A DNA stretch of 63,618 bases, the filler included. It is 7 parts of 7 records of this genome, joined end to end, with 100 filler letters (N's around TTAATTAATTAA, not from the genome) between each part and the next. Parts side by side here need not be neighbours in the genome. Positions count along the whole stretch, not along the records: positions 33,287 to 41,422 come from DRR723986_9720; positions 41,523 to 54,367 come from DRR723986_9723; 5 more parts are not named here. One strand, given 5' to 3'. Under the pieces are notes generated by a model that saw only the letters and a program-made list of their open reading frames with translations, ran no database searches and had not been told where the DNA came from. Numbering within the stretch: the first letter of the stretch is position 1; the number at the start of each line of letters is the position of its first letter. This document shows, one piece after another, positions 37,616-49,275 of the stretch. A program made the position numbers and the translations under genes.

Positions 37616-39860
37616 CAGACCTCCTTGTCTTGGATCGCGGCCAGAACCCGCGAGGGGCGCAGCGGCAGCTTGCAGATGCGTTTTCCGGTCGCGTCCCGCA
37701 CCGCGTTGGCAACGGCAGGCAGGGGCGGGGTGATGCCGGTTTCCCCCACACCGCGCACGCCGTAGGGGTGGCCGGGGTTCGGCACCTCGACGATCACCGT
37801 GTCGATCATCGGCAGGTCGGATGCCACGGGCACGCGATAATCGAGGAAGACCGGGTTTTGCAGCCGCCCGTCCTCGCCATAGACATATTCCTCGTTCAGC
37901 GCCCAACCGATGCCCTGTGCGGCCCCGCCTTGGAACTGCCCCTCGACATAGGCGGGGTGAATGGCCTTGCCGGCATCCTGAACCACCAGATAGCGCAGGA
38001 TCGTGGTGCGCCCGGTTTCCGGGTCGACCTCGACATCCACCACATGGGTTCCGAAACTGCCCGAGAAGCCGGACGGAGAATCCTCGTAATGGCCAGAGAT
38101 CGGCCCGCCGGTGCCGCCCATTTCGCCTGCGATCTCGGCGATGGTCATCGGCGGAAACTCTCCCGCATTGGGGCCGGAAGGCTTGGCGCAGCCGTCTTCC
38201 CAGACCACGGCCTCGGCGTCGATGCCCCATTTGTCGGCGGCACGCTTGCACAATTTCTTGATGCATTCCTCTGCCGAGCGGATGGTAGCCAGGCCCGAGG
38301 CATAGGTGGCGCGGCTGCCATGGGTGGGTTCATTGACGCCAAGCGCGCCGGTGTCCGAGATGTTCACGCGGACGTTTTCGTAAGGAATGCCAAAGGCTTC
38401 CGCCGCCATAAGTGCCATGGACGCACGGCTGCCGCCGATATCAGGCGTGCCGATCGACACGGTGACCGAGCCATCTTCCGAAATCGCCACCGAGGCAGAG
38501 GTTTCGCCGCCCCAGTTCATCCAATAGCCCGACGCCACCCCGCGCCCCTGATTGGGGCCGAGCGGCTCAGCATAGTTGGGATGCGCCTTGGCCGCTTCCA
38601 GCGTTTCCACGAAACCAATCGGGCCGTATTTGGGACCAAAGGTCGCCCGCGTGCCCTCCTTGGCGGCGTTCTTCAACCGCGTGTCGATCGGGTCGAGTCC
38701 CAGTTCCCGGCACATTTCGTCAATCACGCTTTCGGTGGCGAAAGCCGCCATCGGCGCCCCCGGCGCGCGGTAGGCGGCCTGACGGGGGCGGTTGGTGATC
38801 ACGTCATAGCCGATGTGATGCACATGCTCTATATCGTAATTTGCGAAGGCGAGCATGGTGGTCACGTCGACCGGCGCGCCGGCAAAGGCCCCGCCCTGCA
38901 TGCGGAACGTGCCATGGGCGGCGGTGATCCTGCCGTCCTTGGTCATGCCCATCTTGACGTCCATCGACGCCGATGCGGTCGGCCCGGTGGCGCGCAGCAC
39001 CTCGTTGCGGCTCATCACCATCTTCACCGGCTTGCCGCCTGCCTTGCGGCTCAGCGCCAGCGACAGGGGTTCGATGAAGATCGTGGTCTTGCCACCAAAA
39101 CCGCCGCCGATCTCGGACGGAGTCACGCGGATATTGGTGGTCTCGACGCCCAGAACCGCCGTCGACATGCGGCGCATGAACCAGTGACCTTGCGTGCAGA
39201 CCCAAAGCTCACCCCGGTTATCAGCGCCCATCTGGCCAAGGCAGGCATGGGGCTCGATATAACCCTGATGCGCGGCTTCGGTGGTGAAGCTGCGTTCCAT
39301 GATCAGATCGGCCTCGGCAAAGCCCTTGTCCAGATCGCCCCGGCCACTGTCGAAATAGCGGACCACATTGGGGTGCAGGCCTTCCGGCACCGAGAAATCG
39401 GCGGCCCCTGCGCGGATGACCGGCGCGCCATCCGCCATCGCTGCATCCACGTCCGTCACATGGGGCAGGATCTCGTAAGTGACCTCGATCAGTTTCGCCG
39501 CATCGCGGGCCAGCAGGGGCGTGGTGGCGGCAACGGCGGCAACGGCGTGGCCATCGTAAAGCGCCTTTTCCCCGGCCATGCAGTTTTCCTGCAAATCCCA
39601 GTCCTCGCCTTCCAGCCCCTCGGGGAAGTCGGCGCGGGTGATGACGGCTTTCACACCCTCCATCGCCAGTGCCTTCGTCGCGTCGATCTTGACGATCCTG
39701 GCATGGGCATGAGGGCTGCGGACCACGGCGCCGTGCAGCATGCCGGGCACGTTGATATCCGCGCCATAGCGCGCGCGGCCCGTGACCTTGTCCAGCCCGT
39801 CGGGGCGGTTGGGAGTGGTGCCGATGTACTTGTAAGCGGTCTTCTGTCCGTCCAGAGCCA

Positions 39861-39861
<1 letters not shown>
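37615..39861 (-). CDS. Xanthine dehydrogenase-family molybdopterin-binding subunit
   Basis: KVTGRARY, RSPHAHA, GGGFGGK, AYRAPG, GVGETG. Confidence 0.92.
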
Positions 39862-40339
<478 letters not shown>

Positions 40340-40343
<4 letters not shown>

Positions 40344-41206
40344 GCGCTGTCTCCTTTCGCGCGGGCGTAGGCGATTTTCGCGGCCCGCTTGGCCAGAACC
40401 CCGGCCACATGGGTGCGGAACTCGATCGTGCCGCGCTTGTCATCGATGGGTTTGCAGGCGGCAGAGGCCGCAGCCGCCAGCGCGTCCAGCGCCGCGTCAT
40501 CGAGCGTGGTGCCGATGATCGCCTGCGCCGCTTCTTCTACAAGAAGGGCTGTCGGCGCGACCGCGCCAAGCGACACGCGCGCCTCAGAGATGGTGTCGCC
40601 ATCCAGCCGCAGGTTTACCGCGCAGCCCACAACGGCAATGTCCATTTCGGTGCGCGGGATAAAGCGCAGATAGGCGTCGCCACCGTTTTCCCCGCGCGCC
40701 GGGATCGTAACGGCGGTGATCAGTTCCCCCTTGGCCAGCGCGGTCTTGCCGGGGCCGGTCGGGATATCCTCAACCGCCACCTCGCGGCTGCCATCCGGGC
40801 CGGTCACGGTAACGGAACAGCCAGCCGCGATCATGCCGGGAACGGCATCGGCGGCGGGCGAGCCATTGCACAGGTTGCCCACCAGCGTCGCGCGGCCCTG
40901 CACCTGGGTCGATCCGATCAGGTCCATGCCCTCGACCACACCCGGCCAGTCGGCGCACAGCGCGGCATGTTCGGTCATCTCGGCCCCTGCCACGGCCACG
41001 CCGATGCGCCAGCCGCCATCCTCGGTCCGGGCGATCTCTTTCACGCCGGGGATATGCTTGACGTCGATAAGGTCATCGGGCGTCACGATGTCAGCGCGCA
41101 GCTGCACGAGCACGTCCGTTCCCCCCGCCAGAAACCGCGTGGTCCCCCCCGCCTGCGCCGCAATGGCCGAGGCTTCTTCGAAACTCGAAGGACTATGATA
41201 GTTCAT
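40340..41206 (-). CDS. FAD-binding subunit (CoxM-like)
   Basis: LAGGTD, ATLVGNLCNGSPAAD, PIDDKRG. Confidence 0.92.
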
Positions 41207-41422
41207 GTCATCTCCCTGATCTTCGCGCCGGGGCCGTGGCCCCATCGGCGTCTTGGGGTCAGACTAACCAAGCATTTGGGAATGTCGATCCACCGCGCGC
41301 GACTTTTCGCGTCGGAAGCAGACAATTGCAGGTGGATTGGTGGCAAAATGGAGCGGATGGGCGACGTTCAGCCGGATTCCAGCCCTTGCAGAATCGGGCA
41401 ATCGGGCCGGTCGTCGCCCGCG

Positions 41423-41522
41423 NNNNNNNNNNNNNNNNNNNNNNNNNNNNNNNNNNNNNNNNNNNNTTAATTAATTAANNNNNNNNNNNNNNNNNNNNNN
41501 NNNNNNNNNNNNNNNNNNNNNN
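41423..41522. other. Artificial linker
   Basis: N44-TTAATTAATTAA-N44. Confidence 0.97.
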
Positions 41523-41627
41523 GAAGGCGGTGGCGTCGTCCTTGAAGTACTGCACGATGGTGCCCGGCTCGGGGCCTTCGTAGAGGATTTTCGCCTTGCC
41601 TTCGTAGATCTTCTTGCGCCGTGCCAT
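41523..41627 (-). CDS. purC: SAICAR synthase (N-terminus only)
   Basis: [18 protein letters not shown]...FKDDATAF. Confidence 0.93.
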
Positions 41628-41975
41628 TCCGGACCCTTCCAAACGGGAAAACCGCGCTAAAGGCGCGGTGTCGCGTCCTCTTACGTCAACCATGGCGCCG
41701 CCGCAAGGGCGGCCCACCCCCGGACAGAGACAGCACCGCGAGGCATCCCCCGGGGATTTGCCCCGTCCGCTCAGCTTCCTAGGCCGACTACCGGACAGCG
41801 CCCAATGCACAAAAGCGCCGGCTTCTCCCTGCGCCGGGGGTTCGGCCTCTTCGGAGCGGTTGGCGCCGCATGGCGTCGGGGCCCGGATTGCCGCACCGGC
41901 GCGGCGAAGCCTTGCGAAGCTGCCGCCGGACCGGCATATCCAATGGGACACACCACCCCCGAGGGAGCGAGAGCG

Positions 41976-42290
41976 ATGACCACCTTCGACGACCGCGAGA
42001 AAGCGTTCGAGAACAAGTATGCCCACGACGAAGAGATGAAGTTCCGCGCCGAGGCGCGCCGGAACAAGCTGTTGGGGCTCTGGGCGGCCGAGATGCTGGG
42101 CAAGACCGGCGACGCGGCCAACGCCTATGCGGTCGAGGTCGTGAAGTCCGACTTCGAGGAGGCGGGCCACGAGGACGTCGTGCGCAAGGTCTCGGGTGAT
42201 CTGGGCGATCTCGCCACCGCCGAAGAGATCCGCCGCAAGATGGATGAGCTGCTGCTGATCGCCAAGGATCAGCTGATGAAGGAAAACTGA
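41976..42290 (+). CDS. DUF1476 protein (ATP synthase zeta-subunit family)
   Basis: [30 protein letters not shown]. Confidence 0.88.
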   Translation: MTTFDDREKAFENKYAHDEEMKFRAEARRNKLLGLWAAEMLGKTGDAANAYAVEVVKSDFEEAGHEDVVRKVSGDLGDLATAEEIRRKMDELLLIAKDQLMKEN

Positions 42291-42431
42291 GCCGGCGACC
42301 CTGTGCGGGTCTGCGGCAAGGTTCCCGTGGCGCGCCCCTCCGGCGCGCCATTTGTTTACGAATGCATAAACTCACAAGGCTCCGTTAACGCCTTACCGCT
42401 ATCCACATGACGAATACCCCCCGAGGGTCCT

Positions 42432-44321
42432 GTGGAGGCTGCCAGCTTGAAGACGACGAACCTGCGACTGCCGGACCCTGTCCGGCATTTCCTTCCCCTT
42501 TGCGCCGGGCTTGCGCTTGCCGGTCTTCTCGCCTTCGAGGTCCGGGCGCTGGACTGGGCCGAGGTCGCCCTCGCCATCGGTGCCATAGAGGGGTGGCGCT
42601 GGCTCGCCGCTCTGGCAGCCACCGCCGTCAGCTTCGCCGCGATCGGGGAGTATGACGTCATCGCCCACCGCCATTTCCGTACCGAGATGCCCGAGGCCGC
42701 GGCGCGGCGCGCGGGCATGGCCGCCATCGCCGTCGGACAGACCACCGGCTTCGGCCCCTTCGTAGGCGCGGCGCTGCGCTGGCGGCTGATGCCCGACATC
42801 GGCAGGACCACGCTGCTGCGGGTCACCGGCTTCGTCACCGTGACCTTCTTCGCCGTCTGGGGCCTTTTGACCCTGACCGTTGCGGGGCCCGTCCTGATGG
42901 GCCTGCCGTGGCTGGCGCTTCTCACCTTTCCTCTGGGCGCGGCCGGTCTGTGCACGCTGCTGTTCCTCTTCCCGCAGCTCGAGATCATGGGGCGCAGGCT
43001 CGACCTGCCCAGCCTGCCGGCGCTTGCGCGGCTGACAGGCCTTGCGGCCACCGACCTCGTCTTCGCGGGCCTTGCCCTCTGGCTGCTGCTGCCGCCGGAA
43101 ACCGCACCCGCACTGCCGCTGATGATCGCGGCCTTCGCCATGTCGCTGGGCATCGGCATGATCGGCGGCACGCCGGGCGGGGTCGGCCCTTTCGAGCTGG
43201 TGCTGGTGTCGATCCTGCCCGCCGCCGCCCTGCCGGAACTGGCCGCCGCGCTGATCGCCTTCCGCCTCGTCTACTACGCCCTGCCCTGCCTTCTGGGCGC
43301 CTCCTACGCGCTGCTGGCCCGGCCCTGCCGCCGCCGCCCGGTGGTGATCTACCCGGCGCCCGCCCATGGCCCGCGCGCGGAACTGGCCATCGCGTCGCAA
43401 TCCGACAGCCGCGCCCTGAACGCGGGCCCGGCCCGGGCCGCCGCGATCCGCACGCCACAGGCCCTGACGCTGTTCCTCGGGGCGGCGCGCGGCTCCCTCG
43501 CCCCGCTGCTGCCGGAACTGGTGGCCGCCGCCCGGTCAGAGAACCGCAGCCCCGTCCTCTACAAGCTCTGCGCCCGCGACGCGGCCTTCGTCCGGGGCAT
43601 AGGATGGAGCGTCGCCGCCGTCGCGGTGGAGGCCATGATCGACCCCCGACGCTTCTCCCTTCAAGGCCCGGAAAGCCGCCAGTTGCGCCGCGTCCTCCGG
43701 AAGGCCGAACAGGCGGAGGTCACGGTCGGCCGCATCACCGCGCCCGACTGGGAAGAGATGACCGCGATCCACTGCGCATGGGAGGACATGAACGGCCCCG
43801 AGCGCGGGCTGACCATGGGGCGGTTCTGCCCGCTCTACCTGCGGGACAAGCCGCTGTTCGGCGCATGGCACGGGGGGCGGCTGATCGCCTTCATCTCTGC
43901 CGTGACCGGCCCGCGCGGCTGGTCGCTGGACCTGATGCGCCATGGCGCCGCGCTGCCGCAGGGCACCATGCACGCCCTCGTCCATGCGATGATCGTCGAA
44001 GCCGGCGACCGCCGCCTGCAGGACGTCAGCCTTGCCGCGCTTCCGCATCCCGGCCTGCCCGACTGGCTGCTCAGCCGCGCCGGAGCCACCGGGCTGGAAC
44101 GCTTCAAGCAGGCCTTCGCGCCGCGCTGGCAACCGCTGTACATGGCGGCGCCCAACCTGCCGCAGCTGGTCCTTGGCGCCGCCGATATCCGCCGCGCGAT
44201 CCTGAACCCGGCGCCCATCACCCGAACCGCGGAAGAGATCTGGACGCTCGACGTGCTCTTCGACCGCCCCGCGCAGGACGCGCCGGGTGCCGACCCGGTC
44301 CCGTTGCGGCGCGCGGGCTGA
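42432..44321 (+). CDS. MprF-like membrane domain plus aminoacyl-phosphatidylglycerol synthase (DUF2156) domain
   Basis: GAALRWR, PGGVGPFE, FRLVYY, LDLMR, GLERFKQAFAPRWQPLY; start uncertain. Confidence 0.75.
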   Translation: MEAASLKTTNLRLPDPVRHFLPLCAGLALAGLLAFEVRALDWAEVALAIGAIEGWRWLAALAATAVSFAAIGEYDVIAHRHFRTEMPEAAARRAGMAAIAVGQTTGFGPFVGAALRWRLMPDIGRTTLLRVTGFVTVTFFAVWGLLTLTVAGPVLMGLPWLALLTFPLGAAGLCTLLFLFPQLEIMGRRLDLPSLPALARLTGLAATDLVFAGLALWLLLPPETAPALPLMIAAFAMSLGIGMIGGTPGGVGPFELVLVSILPAAALPELAAALIAFRLVYYALPCLLGASYALLARPCRRRPVVIYPAPAHGPRAELAIASQSDSRALNAGPARAAAIRTPQALTLFLGAARGSLAPLLPELVAAARSENRSPVLYKLCARDAAFVRGIGWSVAAVAVEAMIDPRRFSLQGPESRQLRRVLRKAEQAEVTVGRITAPDWEEMTAIHCAWEDMNGPERGLTMGRFCPLYLRDKPLFGAWHGGRLIAFISAVTGPRGWSLDLMRHGAALPQGTMHALVHAMIVEAGDRRLQDVSLAALPHPGLPDWLLSRAGATGLERFKQAFAPRWQPLYMAAPNLPQLVLGAADIRRAILNPAPITRTAEEIWTLDVLFDRPAQDAPGADPVPLRRAG

Positions 44322-44595
44322 GCCGCAGACCGACGGGGACCACGGCACGCACCGCCCTGCCACAACCCGGCACATCGCAAAGCCGGGTGCCAACCCGCCC
44401 CGGGGCCCATGGGATCGGCCCGGGGCACCGTCGCGCCATTCCCGCGCATCGCACGGCGCGACGCGTGTCCGGCCGGATGCCGAGCCGCACCGCGGCGCCC
44501 GACCCCGGATCCCTTGCACCGGATCCGGGCACTGTCTTGTCTTTCCCGCGAGCCCGTGACCACATGCGCGCGCAAGACGACAAGGCGCTCCGGAT

Positions 44596-45471
44596 ATGAA
44601 CGACACCCTCAAGGCCTGCCTCTGGATGACCGGAGCCATCGCCTCCTTCACCACCATGGCCGTGGCCGGGCGGGCCGTCAGCCTCGACCTCGACACCTTC
44701 GAGATCATGCTGTTCCGCTCGCTCATCGGCATCGCCCTCGTGACGGTCGTCGCGCGGTTCGCGGGCACGCTGACGCAGGTGAACACCCGCAACTTCGGCA
44801 CCCATGTCCTGCGCAACATCAGCCATTTCACCGGGCAGAACCTGTGGTTCTACTCGATCACCGTGATCCCGCTGGCGCAGGTCTTCGCCCTGGAGTTCAC
44901 CCTGCCCTTCTGGGTCATGCTCATGAGCCCGCTGGTTCTGGGAGAGCGTCTGACCGCCAACCGCGTCGCCGCCGCCGCCGTGGGCTTCGTCGGCATCCTG
45001 ATCGTCACCCGCCCCACGCCCGAGACGCTGGAGTTCGGGCAGCTCACCGCGGCGCTTGCGGCCGTGGGCTTTGCCGGCTCGGCGGTCTTCACCCGCCGCC
45101 TGACCCGGACGACGACGATCACCAACATCCTGTTCTGGCTGACGGTCATGCAGGCCGCCCTTGGCCTGATCTGCGCCGGTGCCGATGGCGACATCGCCCT
45201 GCCCAGCCTTGCGAACCTGCCTTGGGTCGTCGTGATCGCCTGCGCCGGACTGGTCGCGCATTTCTGCCTGACGACCGCGCTGGGGCTGGCGCCCGCGACC
45301 GTGGTCATGCCCATCGACTTCGCCCGCCTGCCGGTCATCGCCATCGTCGGGATGCTGCTCTATGCCGAACCGCTGGATCGCTATGTCTTCATCGGGGCGG
45401 CGCTGATCTTCGGCGCCAACTACGCCAACATCACTTGGGAGACGCGCCGCGCCCGCGCCGCTGTCACATAG
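44596..45471 (+). CDS. DMT/EamA transporter
   Basis: About 10 TMs, ALEFTLP, LGERL, MPIDFARLP. Confidence 0.88.
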   Translation: MNDTLKACLWMTGAIASFTTMAVAGRAVSLDLDTFEIMLFRSLIGIALVTVVARFAGTLTQVNTRNFGTHVLRNISHFTGQNLWFYSITVIPLAQVFALEFTLPFWVMLMSPLVLGERLTANRVAAAAVGFVGILIVTRPTPETLEFGQLTAALAAVGFAGSAVFTRRLTRTTTITNILFWLTVMQAALGLICAGADGDIALPSLANLPWVVVIACAGLVAHFCLTTALGLAPATVVMPIDFARLPVIAIVGMLLYAEPLDRYVFIGAALIFGANYANITWETRRARAAVT

Positions 45472-45591
45472 ATGTGACGTTACGTTCCCGGCCGTAAACT
45501 TGACGTCCCGTCAAAGATTGACCGGTCGACCGGCGCTCCCCTAGCGTAGGGTACAGGAGACATCCCAACAGTCGGGACGAGGGACACGCCA

Positions 45592-46854
45592 ATGAACAAA
45601 TTCGTAGCCGGGGCCGTATTGGCCCTACTCTCCTCGCACGCTCAGGCCGCCGGCCTTGATCGTTCGGGGCAGAGCACTGCAGCCATCTTCGCCGCCGACG
45701 GCAGCGCCAGCCTGAGCTTCGGCTACGTGATGCCCAGCATCACCGGCTCGGATGCGCGCGGCACCGATTACGACGTGGGTGAGAACTACAGCCAGACGTC
45801 GATCACCTACACCAACGCCCTGAAGGGCACCGGCTTCAACTATGCGCTGATCTTCGATCAGCCCTATGGCGCCAATGTCACCTACGACGCCAACCCGGCC
45901 ACCTCGAACCTTGGCGGCACCTCGGCGGATCTGGACTCCAAGGCGCTGACCCTGATCGGGCGCTACAAGTTCGGCGAGCGCTTCAGCGTCTTCGGCGGCA
46001 TCGGGATCGAACGGATCGAGGCCGATGTCTCGCTCAACGGTCTCAGCTACGGCGCGGCCTTCGCCACAAGCGCCGTCGCCTCGACGGTGCCCGGGCTCAG
46101 CCCGCAGACCCTTGGCGCGGCCTTGCGCGGCAACGGCGCGGCGGCCACCGCGATCGACACCACCTATGGCCCCGGCACCACCGCCGCGCTGGGCGGCGCC
46201 GTTGGGGCGCAGACCGGCAACTTCGTCAACAATGGCGGCTACACCTTCTCGATGGATCAGTCGACGAAGCCCACCTACCTGCTGGGTGCGGCCTACGAGA
46301 TCCCCGATATCGCGCTGCGCATCGCCGGCACCTACCGCTTCGAGACCGAGCACCGCGCCGATACGGTCGAGACCGATCCCTTCCGCGGCACCACGCGCAG
46401 CTCGGTCGACTTCGTCTCGCCGCAAAGCTTCAACCTCGACTTCCAGACCGGCATCATGGCGGGCACGCTGCTGACCGCCTCCTACCGCTGGACGGAGTTC
46501 TCGGCCGTGGACATCGTCCCGACCGCGCTGGGCAGCGACCTCGTCGATCTCGAGGACGGACACCGCTACACGCTGGGCGTGGCGCGCCGGTTCTCGGATG
46601 CCTTCGCGGGCTCCCTGACGCTGAGCTACGAGCCCGAGGACAACCGGGGCGTCGTCTCTCCGCTGGGGCCGACCGACGGTCTCTACGGCATCTCGCTGGG
46701 CGGTCAGTACACCAAGGGCGCCATGAAGATCTCGGGCGGCATGAACTACTCCTGGGTGGGTGACACCGACGTCGGCACCGGCGGGATTGCCGCGGCAAGC
46801 TTCGACGACAACCACGTGGTCGGCATCGGCTTCAAGGCCGAGATGGTCTTCTGA
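45592..46854 (+). CDS. FadL/TodX-like outer-membrane transport protein
   Basis: Signal peptide, AGLDRSGQ, DQPYGA, alternating beta-strands, terminal Phe. Confidence 0.75.
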   Translation: MNKFVAGAVLALLSSHAQAAGLDRSGQSTAAIFAADGSASLSFGYVMPSITGSDARGTDYDVGENYSQTSITYTNALKGTGFNYALIFDQPYGANVTYDANPATSNLGGTSADLDSKALTLIGRYKFGERFSVFGGIGIERIEADVSLNGLSYGAAFATSAVASTVPGLSPQTLGAALRGNGAAATAIDTTYGPGTTAALGGAVGAQTGNFVNNGGYTFSMDQSTKPTYLLGAAYEIPDIALRIAGTYRFETEHRADTVETDPFRGTTRSSVDFVSPQSFNLDFQTGIMAGTLLTASYRWTEFSAVDIVPTALGSDLVDLEDGHRYTLGVARRFSDAFAGSLTLSYEPEDNRGVVSPLGPTDGLYGISLGGQYTKGAMKISGGMNYSWVGDTDVGTGGIAAASFDDNHVVGIGFKAEMVF

Positions 46855-46882
46855 GACGAACGGTCTCGACCTGACCAAACCG

Positions 46883-46914
46883 AAGGCCCCCGCGCAAGGC
46901 AGCGGGGGCCTTTT
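46883..46914 (+). terminator. Intrinsic terminator
   Basis: AAGGCCCCCGC...GCGGGGGCCTTTT. Confidence 0.8.
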
Positions 46915-47187
46915 CGCGTAACGGGCCGGACATCGTGACCTTGCCCGCTGGCTGGTATCCGGTTGGGCCGGAAAACCGTTTGAAACTGCCCCGCCTGGGA
47001 TCCGCCAAAGACGCCGATCCCCGTCCACCCGAAAGCCCCCTTGGGAAACAGAGCCGCGCCCGGAGTCGAAAAGCGGGCCGAGTCCGGCACCATTGCGGCC
47101 GCGCCTTCCCGGTCGGACGTCCGGCAATACCCCCGAAGCCGCAGAATCCGGGTCGCCTGTTCCCCCTGTCCCTGCCATGAAGCCGCC

Positions 47188-48093
47188 ATGACCTCGCCAA
47201 CGCTCACCTTCCGCACTTGGGCCGAACTGGCTCTGCTCGCCCTGATCTGGGGCGGCTCCTTCCTCGCGGTGCGCACCGCGCTGGAGGAGGTTCCGCCGCT
47301 GACCTCCGTCCTCTACCGCACCGCGATCGCGGCCGCGATCCTCTGGCCCGTGGTGCTGTGGCGCGGCCTGCCGGTCCCACGCGACGGTCGCAGGATGGCC
47401 GCGCTGCTGGCGATGGGCGTCCTCAACAACGTCATCCCCTTCTCGCTGATGGCATGGGGGCAGCTGTTCATTCCCACCGGCCTGACGTCGATCCTGAACG
47501 CCAACAGCGCCATCTTCGGCGTTCTGGTCGCCGCGCTCTTTCTCGCCGACGAGCGGCTGAGCCTGCGCAAGGCGCTTGGCGTGCTGCTGGGCTTCGCGGG
47601 CGTGGTGACAGCCATCGGGCCGGGGCAGCTTCTGGCGCTGGACCTGACCTCGACGGCGCAGCTGGCAGTGGTCGGCGGAACGCTATCCTACGCCTTCGCC
47701 GGAGTCTGGGCGCGCAAGCGGCTGGCGGGCCTGCCGCCGCTGGTCTGCGCCGCCGGGATGCTGACCGGGTCGAGCCTCGTCATGCTGCCGCTCGTCCTTG
47801 TGGTCGACGGGCCGCCGGTCCTGACGCTGGCCCCCGTCACATGGGCGGCGATCGGCTACTACGCCGCTGTCGCGACGGCGCTGGCCTACCTGTTGTACTA
47901 CCGGGTGCTGGCGGTCGCGGGCTCGGGCAACGCGATGCTGGTGACGCTGCTGATCCCGCCCGTGGCCATCACGCTCGGCGCCCTGTTCCGCGACGAAGCC
48001 CTTGCCCCTTCCGCCTACGCGGGCTTTGCCCTGCTGGCGGTGGGCCTCGTGGTGATCGGTTCGGGCCGCAAGCCGCGACCCAAGAGGGTTTGA
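47188..48093 (+). CDS. DMT/EamA transporter
   Basis: IWGGSF, NNVIPFSL, ALAYLLYY, LVTLLIPP. Confidence 0.9.
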   Translation: MTSPTLTFRTWAELALLALIWGGSFLAVRTALEEVPPLTSVLYRTAIAAAILWPVVLWRGLPVPRDGRRMAALLAMGVLNNVIPFSLMAWGQLFIPTGLTSILNANSAIFGVLVAALFLADERLSLRKALGVLLGFAGVVTAIGPGQLLALDLTSTAQLAVVGGTLSYAFAGVWARKRLAGLPPLVCAAGMLTGSSLVMLPLVLVVDGPPVLTLAPVTWAAIGYYAAVATALAYLLYYRVLAVAGSGNAMLVTLLIPPVAITLGALFRDEALAPSAYAGFALLAVGLVVIGSGRKPRPKRV

Positions 48094-48151
48094 CGCGCGC
48101 GCACCGGCAGAATATCCCGCAGCCCAACCCTCTTTGTGACGGACCTCACCG

Positions 48152-49009
48152 ATGCTGTACCCCGACGCCCGCGCCTGGCGCGACGCCCCGCAAAAGCGCG
48201 TCGTCCTCTTTGCCATGTCGGGGCTGGGCAAGACCCATGTCTCCACCCGCCTGCGCGACAGCGGGGCGTGGTTCCACTACTCGATCGATTACCGCATCGG
48301 CACCCGCTACATGGGCGAATACATCGCCGACAACGCCAAGGCGCAGGCGATGCAGGTGCCCTTCCTGCGCGAGCTGTTGATGACGGATTCGATCTACATC
48401 GGTTCGAACCTCAGCTTCGACAACCTCAACGCCGTCTCCACCTACCTCGGCAAGCCCGGAGACCCGGCGAAGGGCGGCCTGACGATGGACGAATACCGCC
48501 GCCGCCAGTCCCAGTTCGAACGCGCCGAGCGGCAGGCCCTGCTCGACACCGGCTATTTCATCACCCGCGCGCAGGAGCTTTACGGCTACCCGCATTTCGT
48601 CTGCGACACCGGCGGGTCGATCTGCGAATGGGTCGATCCCGCGAATCCCGACGACCCGATCCTGTCCGAACTGTCGCAACAGGCGCTGCTGGTCTGGATC
48701 CGGGGCACGGATGAGCACACAGCCGAGCTGATCCGGCGCTTCGACAAGGCGCCGAAGCCCATGGCCTACCGGCCCGACTTCCTTGCCGCCGCATGGGCGC
48801 GCTACCTGTCCGAGACCGGCCGCACGGAGGCCGAGGTCGACCCCGATGCCTTCATCCGCTGGACCTACGCGCAGGCGCTGGCGCACCGCCAGCCGCTCTA
48901 CGAAGAGATGGCGGCGCGCTGGGGCGTGACGGTCGAGGCCGCCGACATGGCCCGAGTGACCGGCGCCGGAGACTTCGAAGAGGTCATCGCGGCGGCTTTG
49001 CCGCAGTAG
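48152..49009 (+). CDS. Uncharacterised P-loop ATPase/kinase-like protein
   Basis: [28 protein letters not shown]. Confidence 0.75.
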   Translation: MLYPDARAWRDAPQKRVVLFAMSGLGKTHVSTRLRDSGAWFHYSIDYRIGTRYMGEYIADNAKAQAMQVPFLRELLMTDSIYIGSNLSFDNLNAVSTYLGKPGDPAKGGLTMDEYRRRQSQFERAERQALLDTGYFITRAQELYGYPHFVCDTGGSICEWVDPANPDDPILSELSQQALLVWIRGTDEHTAELIRRFDKAPKPMAYRPDFLAAAWARYLSETGRTEAEVDPDAFIRWTYAQALAHRQPLYEEMAARWGVTVEAADMARVTGAGDFEEVIAAALPQ

Positions 49010-49275
49010 GCCCGCTCGCGGTTCGCCCCGCCGTTCCCCGACCTCCGCCGCGCTGTGCGGGCGGGCCCCCGGCACGGGACGCGATACGCCCCGGAAAGCG
49101 CCCGAAGCGCATCCGGCGGGACCGGGGACGCGCCCGCGCCTTCCACCCGGCAGGAACCCGCAGCCATCCGCCGGCACCCGGGCCCCGTCTCCCGTTCACC
49201 CGGACCGCCCCCGGCGCTTGTCTCTGCCGCCCCCTTCGCCTATCTCTCGGGCCTGTTTCACTCAGGACCCGACCA

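Noticed and set aside
49010-49275. SAM riboswitch before metA
   Set aside because: No SAM-II/SAM-alpha or SAM-SAH core is recognisable; the sequence is just GC-rich.
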